In this document: piece by piece, positions 52,152 through 61,438 of the stretch
How the letters are laid out: each line of letters starts with the position of its first letter
Numbering within the stretch: the first letter of the stretch is position 1
Source: Waterburya sp.
GTDB lineage: Bacteria > Cyanobacteriota > Cyanobacteriia > Cyanobacteriales > Xenococcaceae
Reading direction: 5' to 3'
NCBI GenBank assembly: GCA_965217895.1
Contig: CBDCJV010000002.1
Span: forward strand, 3,712,001-3,776,000
Length of the DNA: 64,000 nucleotides
Program-made: the position numbers and the translations under genes
The notes under the pieces: generated by a model
Database searches by the model: none
The model's input: the letters and a program-made list of their open reading frames with translations, nothing else
Told to the model about the DNA's origin: nothing

Positions 52152-52425
52152 CTACTATCGATAAAGCTAGTAGCTATTGGCTATAAACAGGCATTTGTGG
52201 TTTAACAAAAAGTAAAATCAGGCTAATCACGGCGATCGCCATCACCATAAACTCAGTCATAATTGCGTTGAACTTATCTTTCTAACTTAACCCTCTAAGG
52301 TATAAAGATAGCGACAAAGATGCTTTGATTAGAATATTATTTAAAGCAACCAGGCTTTTGTATTGCGAATTAATTGAAGAACTGGTTAGATAAAATATTG
52401 CCTGTCTTTTAAAGTAAGAGCAATT

Positions 52426-53967
52426 ATGAGCCGTTTAGCACTTTTAAGCGTTTGGGATAAAACTGGTCTTGTTGAGTTAGCTCAACAGCTAGTAGAAACA
52501 TTTGGGTTTGAGATTATCAGTAGTGGTGGCACAGCCAAGGCTCTACAGGATTCTGGCATCAGCGTAACTAAGGTTAGTGACTACACAGGTTCACCAGAGA
52601 TACTAGGAGGCCGAGTCAAAACCTTACATCCTCGTATTCACGGAGGAATCTTAGCCCGTAGAGATTTGGCAGAGGATCGGCAGGATTTGGAGGCTAATAA
52701 TATTCGCCCTCTGGATTTAGTTGTGGTGAATCTATATCCATTTGAGCAAACAATAGCCCAACCTAATGTCACCATACCAGAAGCGATCGAAAAGATCGAC
52801 ATCGGCGGACCAACTTTGATTCGCGCAGCAGCAAAGAATTTTAAGTACCTAACTGTTTTATGTAGCCCTAGTCAGTACGACCGATACCTAGCCGAATACC
52901 AGCAGTCTCAGGGACAGGTCTCGTTAGCTTTTCGTCAACAAATGGCTGGTCAGGCTTTTGCCCATACAAATAGTTACGATCGCGCGATCGCTGATTATTT
53001 TGCCAAGCTTAATTCCTCAGAGGATATGGAAGACAGCTACAGAATTAAGGGAAATAAGGTTCAGTCTCTGCGTTATGGCGAAAACCCCCATCAACCCGCT
53101 GCTTGGTATCAAAGTACAGCAGCATCAGGCTGGGCAGCAGCAAGCAAATTACAGGGAAAAGAACTAAGCTACAATAATTTAGTCGATTTAGAAGCAGCAA
53201 GAAGAATTATTACCGAATTTGAGCCTTCAGAACCCGCAGCAGCAGTTTTAAAACACACTAATCCCTGTGGTGCAGCCATGGGCAATACTTTGGCAGAAGC
53301 TTACGAAAAAGCCTTTAATGCTGATTCAGTGTCGGCTTTTGGGGGAATTGTGGCGTTAAATCAGCCTATCGATGCAGCAACGGCACAGGCTTTGACGAAA
53401 ACCTTTTTAGAATGTGTGGTTGCTCCTGGTTGCGATCGCGAAGCTCAAGCTATTTTGCAAGCTAAGTCTAAACTAAGAATTTTAATTCTGCCAGATTTAG
53501 CAACAGGACAAAAAGAAACTATCAAAGCGATCGCTGGAGGATTTTTAGTCCAGGCTAGCGATGACAAAATTGAAAACCCAGATGATTGGCAAATGGTGAC
53601 GGAGAAAAAGCCTACCCCTGAACAAATAGAGGAAATGCTCTTTGCCCAAAAGCTAGTCAAGCACGTTAAATCAAACGCTGTTTTAATTAGTCGCGATCGC
53701 GCTACCATTGGTATTGGTGCAGGACAAATGAATCGTGTCGGTTCAGTCAAAATTGCTCTAGAGCAAGCGGGAGATAAAGCTCAAGGAGGAGTGATGGCTA
53801 GTGACGGCTTTTTTCCCTTTGACGACTCTGTACGGACTGCTGCTGCTGCGGGAATTAGTGCCATTATCCAGCCTGGAGGTTCAATTCGCGATCGAGAATC
53901 TATTGCTGCTGCTAATGAGTTAGGCATAGTCATGGTTTTAAGCGGGACTCGTCATTTCTTACATTAA
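52426..53967 (+). CDS. purH: Bifunctional AICAR transformylase / IMP cyclohydrolase
   Basis: GGRVKTLHP, IDIGGP, LRYGENPHQ, KHTNPCG, SDGFFPF, RHFLH. Confidence 0.98.
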   Translation: MSRLALLSVWDKTGLVELAQQLVETFGFEIISSGGTAKALQDSGISVTKVSDYTGSPEILGGRVKTLHPRIHGGILARRDLAEDRQDLEANNIRPLDLVVVNLYPFEQTIAQPNVTIPEAIEKIDIGGPTLIRAAAKNFKYLTVLCSPSQYDRYLAEYQQSQGQVSLAFRQQMAGQAFAHTNSYDRAIADYFAKLNSSEDMEDSYRIKGNKVQSLRYGENPHQPAAWYQSTAASGWAAASKLQGKELSYNNLVDLEAARRIITEFEPSEPAAAVLKHTNPCGAAMGNTLAEAYEKAFNADSVSAFGGIVALNQPIDAATAQALTKTFLECVVAPGCDREAQAILQAKSKLRILILPDLATGQKETIKAIAGGFLVQASDDKIENPDDWQMVTEKKPTPEQIEEMLFAQKLVKHVKSNAVLISRDRATIGIGAGQMNRVGSVKIALEQAGDKAQGGVMASDGFFPFDDSVRTAAAAGISAIIQPGGSIRDRESIAAANELGIVMVLSGTRHFLH

Positions 53968-54028
53968 GAACTAATATTACGCACTTATTAATCTGTGAAG
54001 AAAGGGAAAAAGAAAAGTGGATAAATCA

Positions 54029-54982
54029 ATGAAAAAAATATCTTTGCTGTGGGAAATTCCCTTGGCTTTGTTATCTTTTGTCTTTTACAAAGTCATGAAA
54101 TTGGTTATCGGCAATTTATTTACTATTTACCTGACGCTCAATCAAAAGAAAGCTTCACAGTGGCGCGTATTATCAAAAAAAACGATTAATGCGCCGTTAA
54201 TCCTGCCAGTTTTAATGACTAAAGGGCCTCGTTGGAATACTCATGCAGTGATTGGAACTTTAGGACCATTTGCCGTCAAAGAATTAATTGCAATCAACAT
54301 CAAAACTGCTAATAATTCTGCCCGTTCTTGGATTGCAGTAATATATAGCTTTCCTGGTTATAAAACGGTTACTAGCATAGAGTCCGATAAAATTAACCAA
54401 GATAATGATTGGCACACAGTCAAATTATCGCCTGGTAAATATTCTCTTGCCGTTCGTTACTATAATCGTTCTGAAGCTATTAATTATCCCGCTATTAAAG
54501 TAGATGATAGTTTATTTGTAGATTATTATAGTGTTCCTAGCAACATTAATGATTATTACTACGATTTAATTAAAGCTAAAAACTGGTTCTACTCCAGTCT
54601 GCACTACTATATTTTTACTATTCTTAAGCTGCGAGATTATTTACCAGAATCTTTTGTCCGTAGAGAATATTTACCCGTCGGCGCGCCAGATACTCACTTT
54701 GCCTATAATTATTTAGATTCACAACAGGCTTTACAAATAGTTATCGAGCCTGAAATTATTGAGCAATTTGATATTTATTTTACTCTTTACGATCGCTCTA
54801 GTTTGCCTTTAACTTGGTGCATAATTACTGAACCTCAATATTTACTATCATCTCAAGATAATAAAGGTTACTTTCTGCTGAGAATTCGCCCCAAACCCGA
54901 ACATTGTGATACTACTATTAAAGTAGAGTCTGAATTATTAAACGTTGATAGTTCAATTCAGCGTTGGCAAGTTAGTAGGTAG
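54029..54982 (+). CDS. Conserved cyanobacterial hypothetical protein (DUF6208-like)
   Basis: Long intact ORF; MTKGPRWNTHA.IG and EYLPVG motifs recalled for this family. Confidence 0.55.
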   Translation: MKKISLLWEIPLALLSFVFYKVMKLVIGNLFTIYLTLNQKKASQWRVLSKKTINAPLILPVLMTKGPRWNTHAVIGTLGPFAVKELIAINIKTANNSARSWIAVIYSFPGYKTVTSIESDKINQDNDWHTVKLSPGKYSLAVRYYNRSEAINYPAIKVDDSLFVDYYSVPSNINDYYYDLIKAKNWFYSSLHYYIFTILKLRDYLPESFVRREYLPVGAPDTHFAYNYLDSQQALQIVIEPEIIEQFDIYFTLYDRSSLPLTWCIITEPQYLLSSQDNKGYFLLRIRPKPEHCDTTIKVESELLNVDSSIQRWQVSR

Positions 54983-55056
54983 TAGGTAGTAGGTAGACAA
55001 CAGTAAGCCTTTGGAACTTTTATTATAGATAAACCAGTGGAAATGAATTGGAATGA

Positions 55057-55509
55057 CTATACCTTTTTCTTCTCAATATATTCGCGCCAGTAAGTAATTT
55101 TGCCGTCATCCCGTAGTTCAAAAATGATGGCATCTTCTGCTGCTGATGGCTTTCCTGTTTTTTTATGGCGATCGCTCCAGTCCCATTCTACTGCCCCCTG
55201 GCGGTCTTTGAAGATTGTTCGTTTGATTTTTACTTTAGTATCGGTAAATTGCCGAAAGTAATCTGATGCTGCCTTCTCAATTGCGTCTACTCCTTTAAAG
55301 GTAAAGCCTCCAGCTATAAAAATAGCATCGGGAGCAAAATCTCCAATCAGGCTTGATACATCCTGTGTTTCCCAAGCAGTTGCTTGTCTTTCAACCATAG
55401 CCGAAGTAGCTGTTTCTGAATTCATTGGTTTGGCAAAAATTAATAAAATCGATAGGGAAATAATAAAGGCAAAAACCTGATTCATAGTACGCATTAAATC
55501 ATTGAACAT
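55057..55509 (-). CDS. NTF2/SnoaL-like protein with signal peptide
   Basis: AW...D.....F.PDA.F, GAVEW.W, DGKITYWREY. Confidence 0.8.
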   Translation of the reverse strand: MFNDLMRTMNQVFAFIISLSILLIFAKPMNSETATSAMVERQATAWETQDVSSLIGDFAPDAIFIAGGFTFKGVDAIEKAASDYFRQFTDTKVKIKRTIFKDRQGAVEWDWSDRHKKTGKPSAAEDAIIFELRDDGKITYWREYIEKKKV

Positions 55510-55759
55510 TGAACATTAAACATTGACTCGTTCAAATGGGGAATTAAACCAAGAGTGAACGAATAAAACCGTGATTAGGATGGGAATTAAACCCCAGGTA
55601 TTGAAAAACGCGCAGGATCTTAATGTTAAATATTAACTGTTTAGCTCACGGCTCTTATTTTTTGAGGCAAAGTATAGTAATTAACCCAATCTTCGTCTCT
55701 CTGGGAAATTTAATGTCAAAATATTAATAATTAAGTAAATATATTTAAGAATAACCCTG

Positions 55760-57154
55760 ATGAGTACAGCAACAGCAGCTACAGCAACAACAGAACAAAT
55801 AAAAAGCGCGATCGCAACTTATAAAAACCAAATAGATTATTTAGAGATTAGAGTTGAGCAAAGCGAGTCTACAGGGCTTTCTTTCCGTGGTGAAAAGCTA
55901 GACTCTGTAGATCGTAGCTTTTCTCTTGGTGGTGGAATACGCGCCTGTCATGATGGTGGCTGGAGTTTTGTTACTTTTAATGGCTTGAAAGAGCTGCATG
56001 AGCGAATTGAAGAAGCTATTTCTCAAGCGAAACTTGTGGGTAAAGATAAAACTCAGCTAGCAACTGCTGAACCAATTGAAGATTTTGTTTCCGAAAAGAT
56101 TAAGCGAGATCCTCGTAGTGTATCTTTGCAAGATAAACGCAAGTTGTTAGAGGCTTATAATCAAATTCTGTTGAATTTTGACCCTCGCATCCAAACTACC
56201 ATGGCGAGTATCAGCGATCGCTTTGCGACTAAAACTTTTGTTAATTCTACTGGTAGCTGTATTGTCCAGGAAAGACTAGACGTTAACGGGCGGTTTGCAG
56301 CGATCGCCAAAGGGGAAGACGGTGTTGTACGTCAAGGCTTTGAGTCTGTCCATTCCCGCAATGATTTTAATGTTTTAGTAGGCATTGAAGACAGAGTTAG
56401 AGGGGCAGCAGAACGTGCGGTTAGACAATTAGAAGCGAAATCGGTTAAGGGTGGTCAATATACGGTAATTCTCGATCCTTATCTAGCTGGGGTGTTTATT
56501 CACGAAGCTTTTGGGCATCTTTCAGAAGCAGATTTTGTCTACGAAAATCCTAAAATGCAGGAATTGCTTACTTTAGGCAAACCTATGGGCATTGAACAGC
56601 TAAATGTTGTTGATGATGCAACTATGGAAAACCTTCCAGGTTCGATGAAGTACGATGATGAAGGCGTGCCAGGACAACGTAAGTATTTGATCAAAAACGG
56701 TGTTTTGACAGAGCGTCTCCACTCTCGCGAGACAGCAGGAAAAATGCAGGAAAAACCAACGGGTAACGCTAGAGCAATTCGCGCTAACTATCCCCCTATT
56801 GTGCGGATGACTAATACGGCTATTGAACCTGGAGATACTCCCTTAGAAGAAATGTTTGAGGGTATAGAAGAAGGAGTGTATGCCGTCAGAATGCTAGGTG
56901 GACAAACTAACGGCGAAATGTTTACTTTTGCAGCAGCAGAAGGCTATATGATTCGCGATGGTAAAGTTGCCGAGCCTGTTAGCGATGTAACCTTATCAGG
57001 AAATGTTTTTCAAACTCTGCAAGATATAGATGCAATTAGCAGCGATACCCTCTATACCAATGGAGGATGCGGAAAAGGAGGACAAATGCCTTTGCCTGTA
57101 AGCGTTGGTGGTCCTCATATTCGCATCAAAAACGTAGTTGTTGGCGGAAGATAG
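55760..57154 (+). CDS. tldD: TldD metalloprotease subunit
   Basis: HEAFGHLSEAD, DDEG, RMTNT, GGCGKGGQ.P.PV..GGP. Confidence 0.92.
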   Translation: MSTATAATATTEQIKSAIATYKNQIDYLEIRVEQSESTGLSFRGEKLDSVDRSFSLGGGIRACHDGGWSFVTFNGLKELHERIEEAISQAKLVGKDKTQLATAEPIEDFVSEKIKRDPRSVSLQDKRKLLEAYNQILLNFDPRIQTTMASISDRFATKTFVNSTGSCIVQERLDVNGRFAAIAKGEDGVVRQGFESVHSRNDFNVLVGIEDRVRGAAERAVRQLEAKSVKGGQYTVILDPYLAGVFIHEAFGHLSEADFVYENPKMQELLTLGKPMGIEQLNVVDDATMENLPGSMKYDDEGVPGQRKYLIKNGVLTERLHSRETAGKMQEKPTGNARAIRANYPPIVRMTNTAIEPGDTPLEEMFEGIEEGVYAVRMLGGQTNGEMFTFAAAEGYMIRDGKVAEPVSDVTLSGNVFQTLQDIDAISSDTLYTNGGCGKGGQMPLPVSVGGPHIRIKNVVVGGR

Positions 57155-57228
57155 GTACAATGCGATATTTCTACAATTTCTATACTTACATCAAAGTACT
57201 AACTAACTGTGCTTAGGACAATATGAAT

Positions 57229-57258
57229 TGTCAGGGCGAATCGCGATTCGCCCTGACA
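57229..57258. repeat. Perfect 30-bp REP-like palindrome
   Basis: tgtcagggcgaatcg|cgattcgccctgaca. Confidence 0.8.
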
Positions 57259-57312
57259 CAAACTTGATTCTATAATCTAAAAACGTATAAATATATATTG
57301 ATACTCTTTGTT

Positions 57313-57675
57313 TTAAACTTCAGAGTTCTTTTGACGTTTACGAGCCTGATTTATAGTGTTGATATTCTCCACAACAATTACGATATTAGCAATAGTTCCT
57401 ACTCCCTGACCTGTTTGAAAAGCTTCCTCCTCAGATTCAGATGATAATACTGCAAATGTCATCGCAATAAAGAAAGCATAACCAAGAATCTTTAAAGGAT
57501 TTAACCCCCTATTCAAATAAATCATTGCTGCTGGTAAAAAAAAGAAAGTAAGAATACCAGTAATTAAAGAATTTTTTTTGGCTAGTTGTTCTGTTCTTTC
57601 TATATCTCTTGGAGTGGGTAAAAAAGGATTCCAAGGATTAGACTCTTTAGATTCTTTGGATTGTAAGTTAGTCAT
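57313..57675 (-). CDS. Hypothetical membrane protein
   Basis: 120-aa ORF with 2-3 hydrophobic segments. Confidence 0.6.
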   Translation of the reverse strand: MTNLQSKESKESNPWNPFLPTPRDIERTEQLAKKNSLITGILTFFFLPAAMIYLNRGLNPLKILGYAFFIAMTFAVLSSESEEEAFQTGQGVGTIANIVIVVENINTINQARKRQKNSEV

Positions 57676-57841
57676 AGTTTTTTAGAATTTAATGATACTA
57701 ACTAAGCTTAAAAAATCTGTTACCTTATCTACGTGATCTCTATCTATATCAAGAAGTGATGTCTTGCAAAAAAGGTATAGATTGGATTAGGCGAATATTT
57801 TTAATAAATTTATCTATATACATTCACATTAAACATATTTT

Positions 57842-58447
57842 ATGGAAATTATTGTTGCCCTCTGTCTGGGCATAACTCTTAGTGCAGCCTGTGGTCTTCG
57901 GGTTTTTTTACCACCTTTAGTTATGAGTTTGGGGGCTATGTATGGTCATATTCCCCTCTCATCAGGGTTTGAATGGCTGGGAACTACTGAGGCGGCGATC
58001 GCTTTCGCCATTGCTACTGTTCTAGAAGTTTTGGCTTATTATGTTCCCGTAGTCGATAACCTATTAGATACGGTTCAAGTGCCAATTGCTGTAGGTATCG
58101 GCACGGTCTTAACTGCTGCCACTTTGGGGCATACCGATCCTGTCCTGCAATGGACGCTAGCTGCGATCGCAGGAGGTGGAACAGCAGGATTGATAGGAAC
58201 TTTTGCTAGTTTTACTAGATTAGCTTCTACAGGCGTTACTGCTGGATTAGGTAACTTTATTGTGGCAACTATCGAACTGGTTGGCTCAATTTCTTTATCG
58301 ATTTTGGGCATTACTTTTCCGCTTTGGACTGCTGCGATCGTTTTGGTTGTAATTATTGTGGCGGTGATTAGAATAATTTCTAATCCTCCAGGTTGGCTAC
58401 AGAAAGACCAATTGCAAGACCGAAAGATCGAGACAAACAAAAATTGA
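57842..58447 (+). CDS. DUF4126 membrane protein
   Basis: GITLSAACGLRVFLP, EVLAYYVPVVDNLLD, R.ASTG.TAG.GN. Confidence 0.8.
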   Translation: MEIIVALCLGITLSAACGLRVFLPPLVMSLGAMYGHIPLSSGFEWLGTTEAAIAFAIATVLEVLAYYVPVVDNLLDTVQVPIAVGIGTVLTAATLGHTDPVLQWTLAAIAGGGTAGLIGTFASFTRLASTGVTAGLGNFIVATIELVGSISLSILGITFPLWTAAIVLVVIIVAVIRIISNPPGWLQKDQLQDRKIETNKN

Positions 58448-58613
58448 ATTATTCGGGAAAGAAAAAACGCCAGATGAGAAAACACAATGAATAGCTTGAC
58501 TGCTATTTTCACCGTCTTACGCCAACAGTTAAATGTGAATTTAAAGATTCATACAATTTCTTACCCGTGACGACCATTAACTGCCTTAACTTTTTAATAA
58601 AATAAGAGGAAGA

Positions 58614-58978
58614 TATAGTCATTTCACCCTCGCCAGTCGCTTTAATGGGTTATAGACCATGGGGCTTATAAATCCCGCAGCAAAGCTAAAGCGCGTTTTG
58701 CGAGACAGTTCGTTGCGCGGGCTTCCCGCGTTGAAGGAACTGTCGAGGTTGAGTAAGAATACTCTTACTCAACAGGCGCAAGGGAATGCTGACCTTCGCT
58801 CCGTCCGTTTAGAAGTCCCCGTGCTGTTCCTAAACGGAACAGCTTTATGCGGGACGTGGCGGAGTAATCTGTCACTCGCAAATAGAAACCATACGAAAAA
58901 GGGAAAATTTTGTAAGTACCTCAAATTCTTCTGGCTTCTGACCAGCCAATCATGAGAAACTTAATTGGAATGACTATA
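58614..58978. mobile_element. MITE with TATAG ends packed with nested repeats
   Basis: tatagtcatttca / tggaatgactata (12/13 inverted); internal modules shared with 1412-1424 and 19487-19515. Confidence 0.7.
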
Positions 58979-59000
58979 ATTGTCAACAGCAGGTCAAAAT

Positions 59001-59537
59001 TTACACTCGCTTTTCTAAATATTGACCAATAGTAATTTCTTGTCCTGCGCGGGAGATAATAGTTTGTCTGGTGCGATACTTACTACCAACTAGCTTAATT
59101 TCTTCTTCAAAGACGTTGGAATTGTATTCGGTACGCAGACTCATTGTGTCTGGGTTGCTAAAAGAACAGATCGCGATAATAGGTTTGGGAGTGGCAAAAC
59201 CGCGATCGCGATATAGTATATTACCTTTAATCCCAAATACAGTAGAACCAGTAACAGGTTTGCGGTTTTCGTTGGTGTAGTTACTTTCCCAAGTAACTTT
59301 TGTTCCACAAACCAATGCTTTTAAGTTCTCTAGCTCATGACTTTGAGCTAATTCGACTAGTTCTGGTGCGCCCTGTTCTAAGAAGGAAATATTAAGCAAA
59401 CTTTCTACTTCTTGAGGCTCTACATCTTTTTTTAAGCTGTAATAGCGTCTTTGAGAATTCCAGCTACCTGCCGACTTGCGGAAAAAATCTACTGCTAATG
59501 ACTGTAAGGCAATGTTTGCTGTTTGCGCTAAAACCAT
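59001..59537 (-). CDS. CpcS/CpeS-family phycobiliprotein lyase
   Basis: FF..SAG.W.SQR, LYRDRGF, EEIKL...RTR, QYLEKR. Confidence 0.85.
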   Translation of the reverse strand: MVLAQTANIALQSLAVDFFRKSAGSWNSQRRYYSLKKDVEPQEVESLLNISFLEQGAPELVELAQSHELENLKALVCGTKVTWESNYTNENRKPVTGSTVFGIKGNILYRDRGFATPKPIIAICSFSNPDTMSLRTEYNSNVFEEEIKLVGSKYRTRQTIISRAGQEITIGQYLEKRV

Positions 59538-59707
59538 CAAAATTAAACCTCTTTGTTTTATTCAAAAGATTTACACAAAAGCCATTCTGTCAATTAAAAA
59601 AGCTTTTACGTAATATTTCTTAATCTATCACAAACTTTATAATTGAGTCACTCTTTCATTGGGTAGATCTCTGTTAATTTATCTGTATATTGTGCGTAAT
59701 CTTTAGT

Positions 59708-60244
59708 ATGTCTAATTATCAAAATTTTATTGTCAAGCTAGTTACAAGTTTGGCGATGTCTGCTAGCGGGCGGAAACGGCGAACTTGTTTCGCCATTTCC
59801 GCCCGCTCTAGCTTCGCGATCACAGTTATTATTAGCTTGTGCTTCATATCCCCTGCAACTGCCGTCACCCAAAAACTACAGCTTAATAGCGCAGCGGGTT
59901 ACATAGTCGAAACGACGTTTAGCTACGATGAAAACCAAACTCCGAACGTGATTAAGGAACAAGGAGTAGGCAAAACTAATGCCATAGATTCAATGAAAGT
60001 CAGTTTCTATAAGCCATCTGGTGAACTAATTGCCAGCTACGACAATATTGTTAATGGGGTTTCTCAGGGCAGCTATTTTGAATTCAATTTTGATCCTCAA
60101 ACCCAACAATTGTCAGGAAATATAGATCTGGGTGGAGAGTCAATAGGGGAAATGTACTTAAAAGGCGAAATTGAGCAGGGATTATCCTTAATTGAAGTAG
60201 AGACAACAGGAGAAGAGAAGATAATCGATCGAGTTTATCGATAA
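59708..60244 (+). CDS. Hypothetical secreted protein with a repeat inserted in its signal peptide
   Basis: Signal ends SPATA; beta-rich mature region; 57-bp insert at 59758-59814. Confidence 0.65.
   Translation: MSNYQNFIVKLVTSLAMSASGRKRRTCFAISARSSFAITVIISLCFISPATAVTQKLQLNSAAGYIVETTFSYDENQTPNVIKEQGVGKTNAIDSMKVSFYKPSGELIASYDNIVNGVSQGSYFEFNFDPQTQQLSGNIDLGGESIGEMYLKGEIEQGLSLIEVETTGEEKIIDRVYR
59753..59817. mobile_element. HIP1-inserted small dispersed repeat (SDR5-like) with nested hairpin
   Basis: GCGAT-[57 bp]-CGC; 12-bp stem agcgggcggaaa/tttccgcccgct. Confidence 0.75.
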
Positions 60245-60300
60245 ACTGTGAATATTACCGTGTCTCAAAAGTTTTAGCAGCATTAGTGGTTATCTAAACT

Positions 60301-61281
60301 ATGGAGCGACGTTATTTACTTAAATGGCTAGGAGGTTTGACAGCAGGAATTTTACTGGCATCAAAAACCAATGCTCAAGGACAGAATAGCGATCGCCTGG
60401 GTAAACTGCTGCCTCTAAGAACTCTAGGACGCACTCAAGAGGCTGTGACGATGCTTGGCTTAGGTGGATGGCATTTGGGAAGTCTCAGCGAAAGAGATGC
60501 CCAAGCAACTATTGAATTGGCATTACGAGGTGGAGTACGTTTTTTTGACACAGCCGAAATGTATCAGTCTGGCGGTAGCGAAGCCCGTATAGGTAAATTG
60601 CTCACTCCCAAATATCGAGATGTTATTTACCTGATGAGTAAAACAACGGCGCGGAATGCTCAAGATGCACGTAGTCGTTTGGAAGAATCTTTGCGTCGCT
60701 TAAATACCAGTTATCTAGATTTATGGCAGGTTCACGCTATAGAAAACCCTGATGATGTTGACGGGCGAATTACCAACGGCGTTTTTGAGGTGATGCAGCA
60801 GGCAAAAGCATCAGGCAAAGTACGCCATCTAGGCTTTACTGGACATACACAGCCAAATGCACATCTTCAAGTTTTAGAACAGTCAAATATTTTTGATACT
60901 TGCCAAATGCCCGTCAACATTGCCGATCCTAATTATTCCAGCTTTGTTCAACAGGTGATGCCAAAATTAGTTGAACGAAACATAGGCATTTTAGCGATGA
61001 AATCGCTAGCCAATGGCGGATTTTTTGGTGGCTCTTTCCATGGACAGCACGGAGACAACCCCAAAATTGTGCCAGATCGAGTGAGTGTTGCCGAAGCTAT
61101 AAACTTTGCTTGGTCTTTGCCTATTAGCGTTTTGATTACGGGCTTCAATAATCCTGAGCAAATGCAGGAAAAAATTAATTTAGCAAATTCCTTTGTGGCG
61201 ATGAATGATGCACAGCGACAAAATCTGATAGATAAGGTTGCCGATTTAGCAGGTAGAAAAGTTGAATTTTACAAGGCGTAA
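60301..61281 (+). CDS. Aldo/keto reductase with Tat signal
   Basis: MERRYLLK twin-arginine signal; FFDTAEMY, SL.RL.T.YLDLWQVH, G.VRHLG. Confidence 0.88.
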   Translation: MERRYLLKWLGGLTAGILLASKTNAQGQNSDRLGKLLPLRTLGRTQEAVTMLGLGGWHLGSLSERDAQATIELALRGGVRFFDTAEMYQSGGSEARIGKLLTPKYRDVIYLMSKTTARNAQDARSRLEESLRRLNTSYLDLWQVHAIENPDDVDGRITNGVFEVMQQAKASGKVRHLGFTGHTQPNAHLQVLEQSNIFDTCQMPVNIADPNYSSFVQQVMPKLVERNIGILAMKSLANGGFFGGSFHGQHGDNPKIVPDRVSVAEAINFAWSLPISVLITGFNNPEQMQEKINLANSFVAMNDAQRQNLIDKVADLAGRKVEFYKA

Positions 61282-61348
61282 TAAAGTTACAGCCTCTAAA
61301 AATCAACAAGCGATCGCACTTGAGTTGGTTTTAAATAAAAATGGTGGC

Positions 61349-61393
61349 AAGCTCGGATACAAATAGGAATTATTCTCATTTGTATCCGAGCTT
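61349..61393. terminator. 16-bp stem hairpin between convergent genes
   Basis: aagctcggatacaaat / atttgtatccgagctt. Confidence 0.7.
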
Positions 61394-61438
61394 TGTTCAT
61401 TAAATAGCTGGTCGTCGGGTTTGGTATTAAATTCTGAT

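Noticed and set aside
47922..57154. CPBP protease and TldD as maturation enzymes for the peptides
   Set aside because: More than 30 kb away, in ordinary contexts; no evidence of linkage
58659..58955. 98-aa ORF
   Set aside because: Entirely within a repeat-filled MITE; not protein-like
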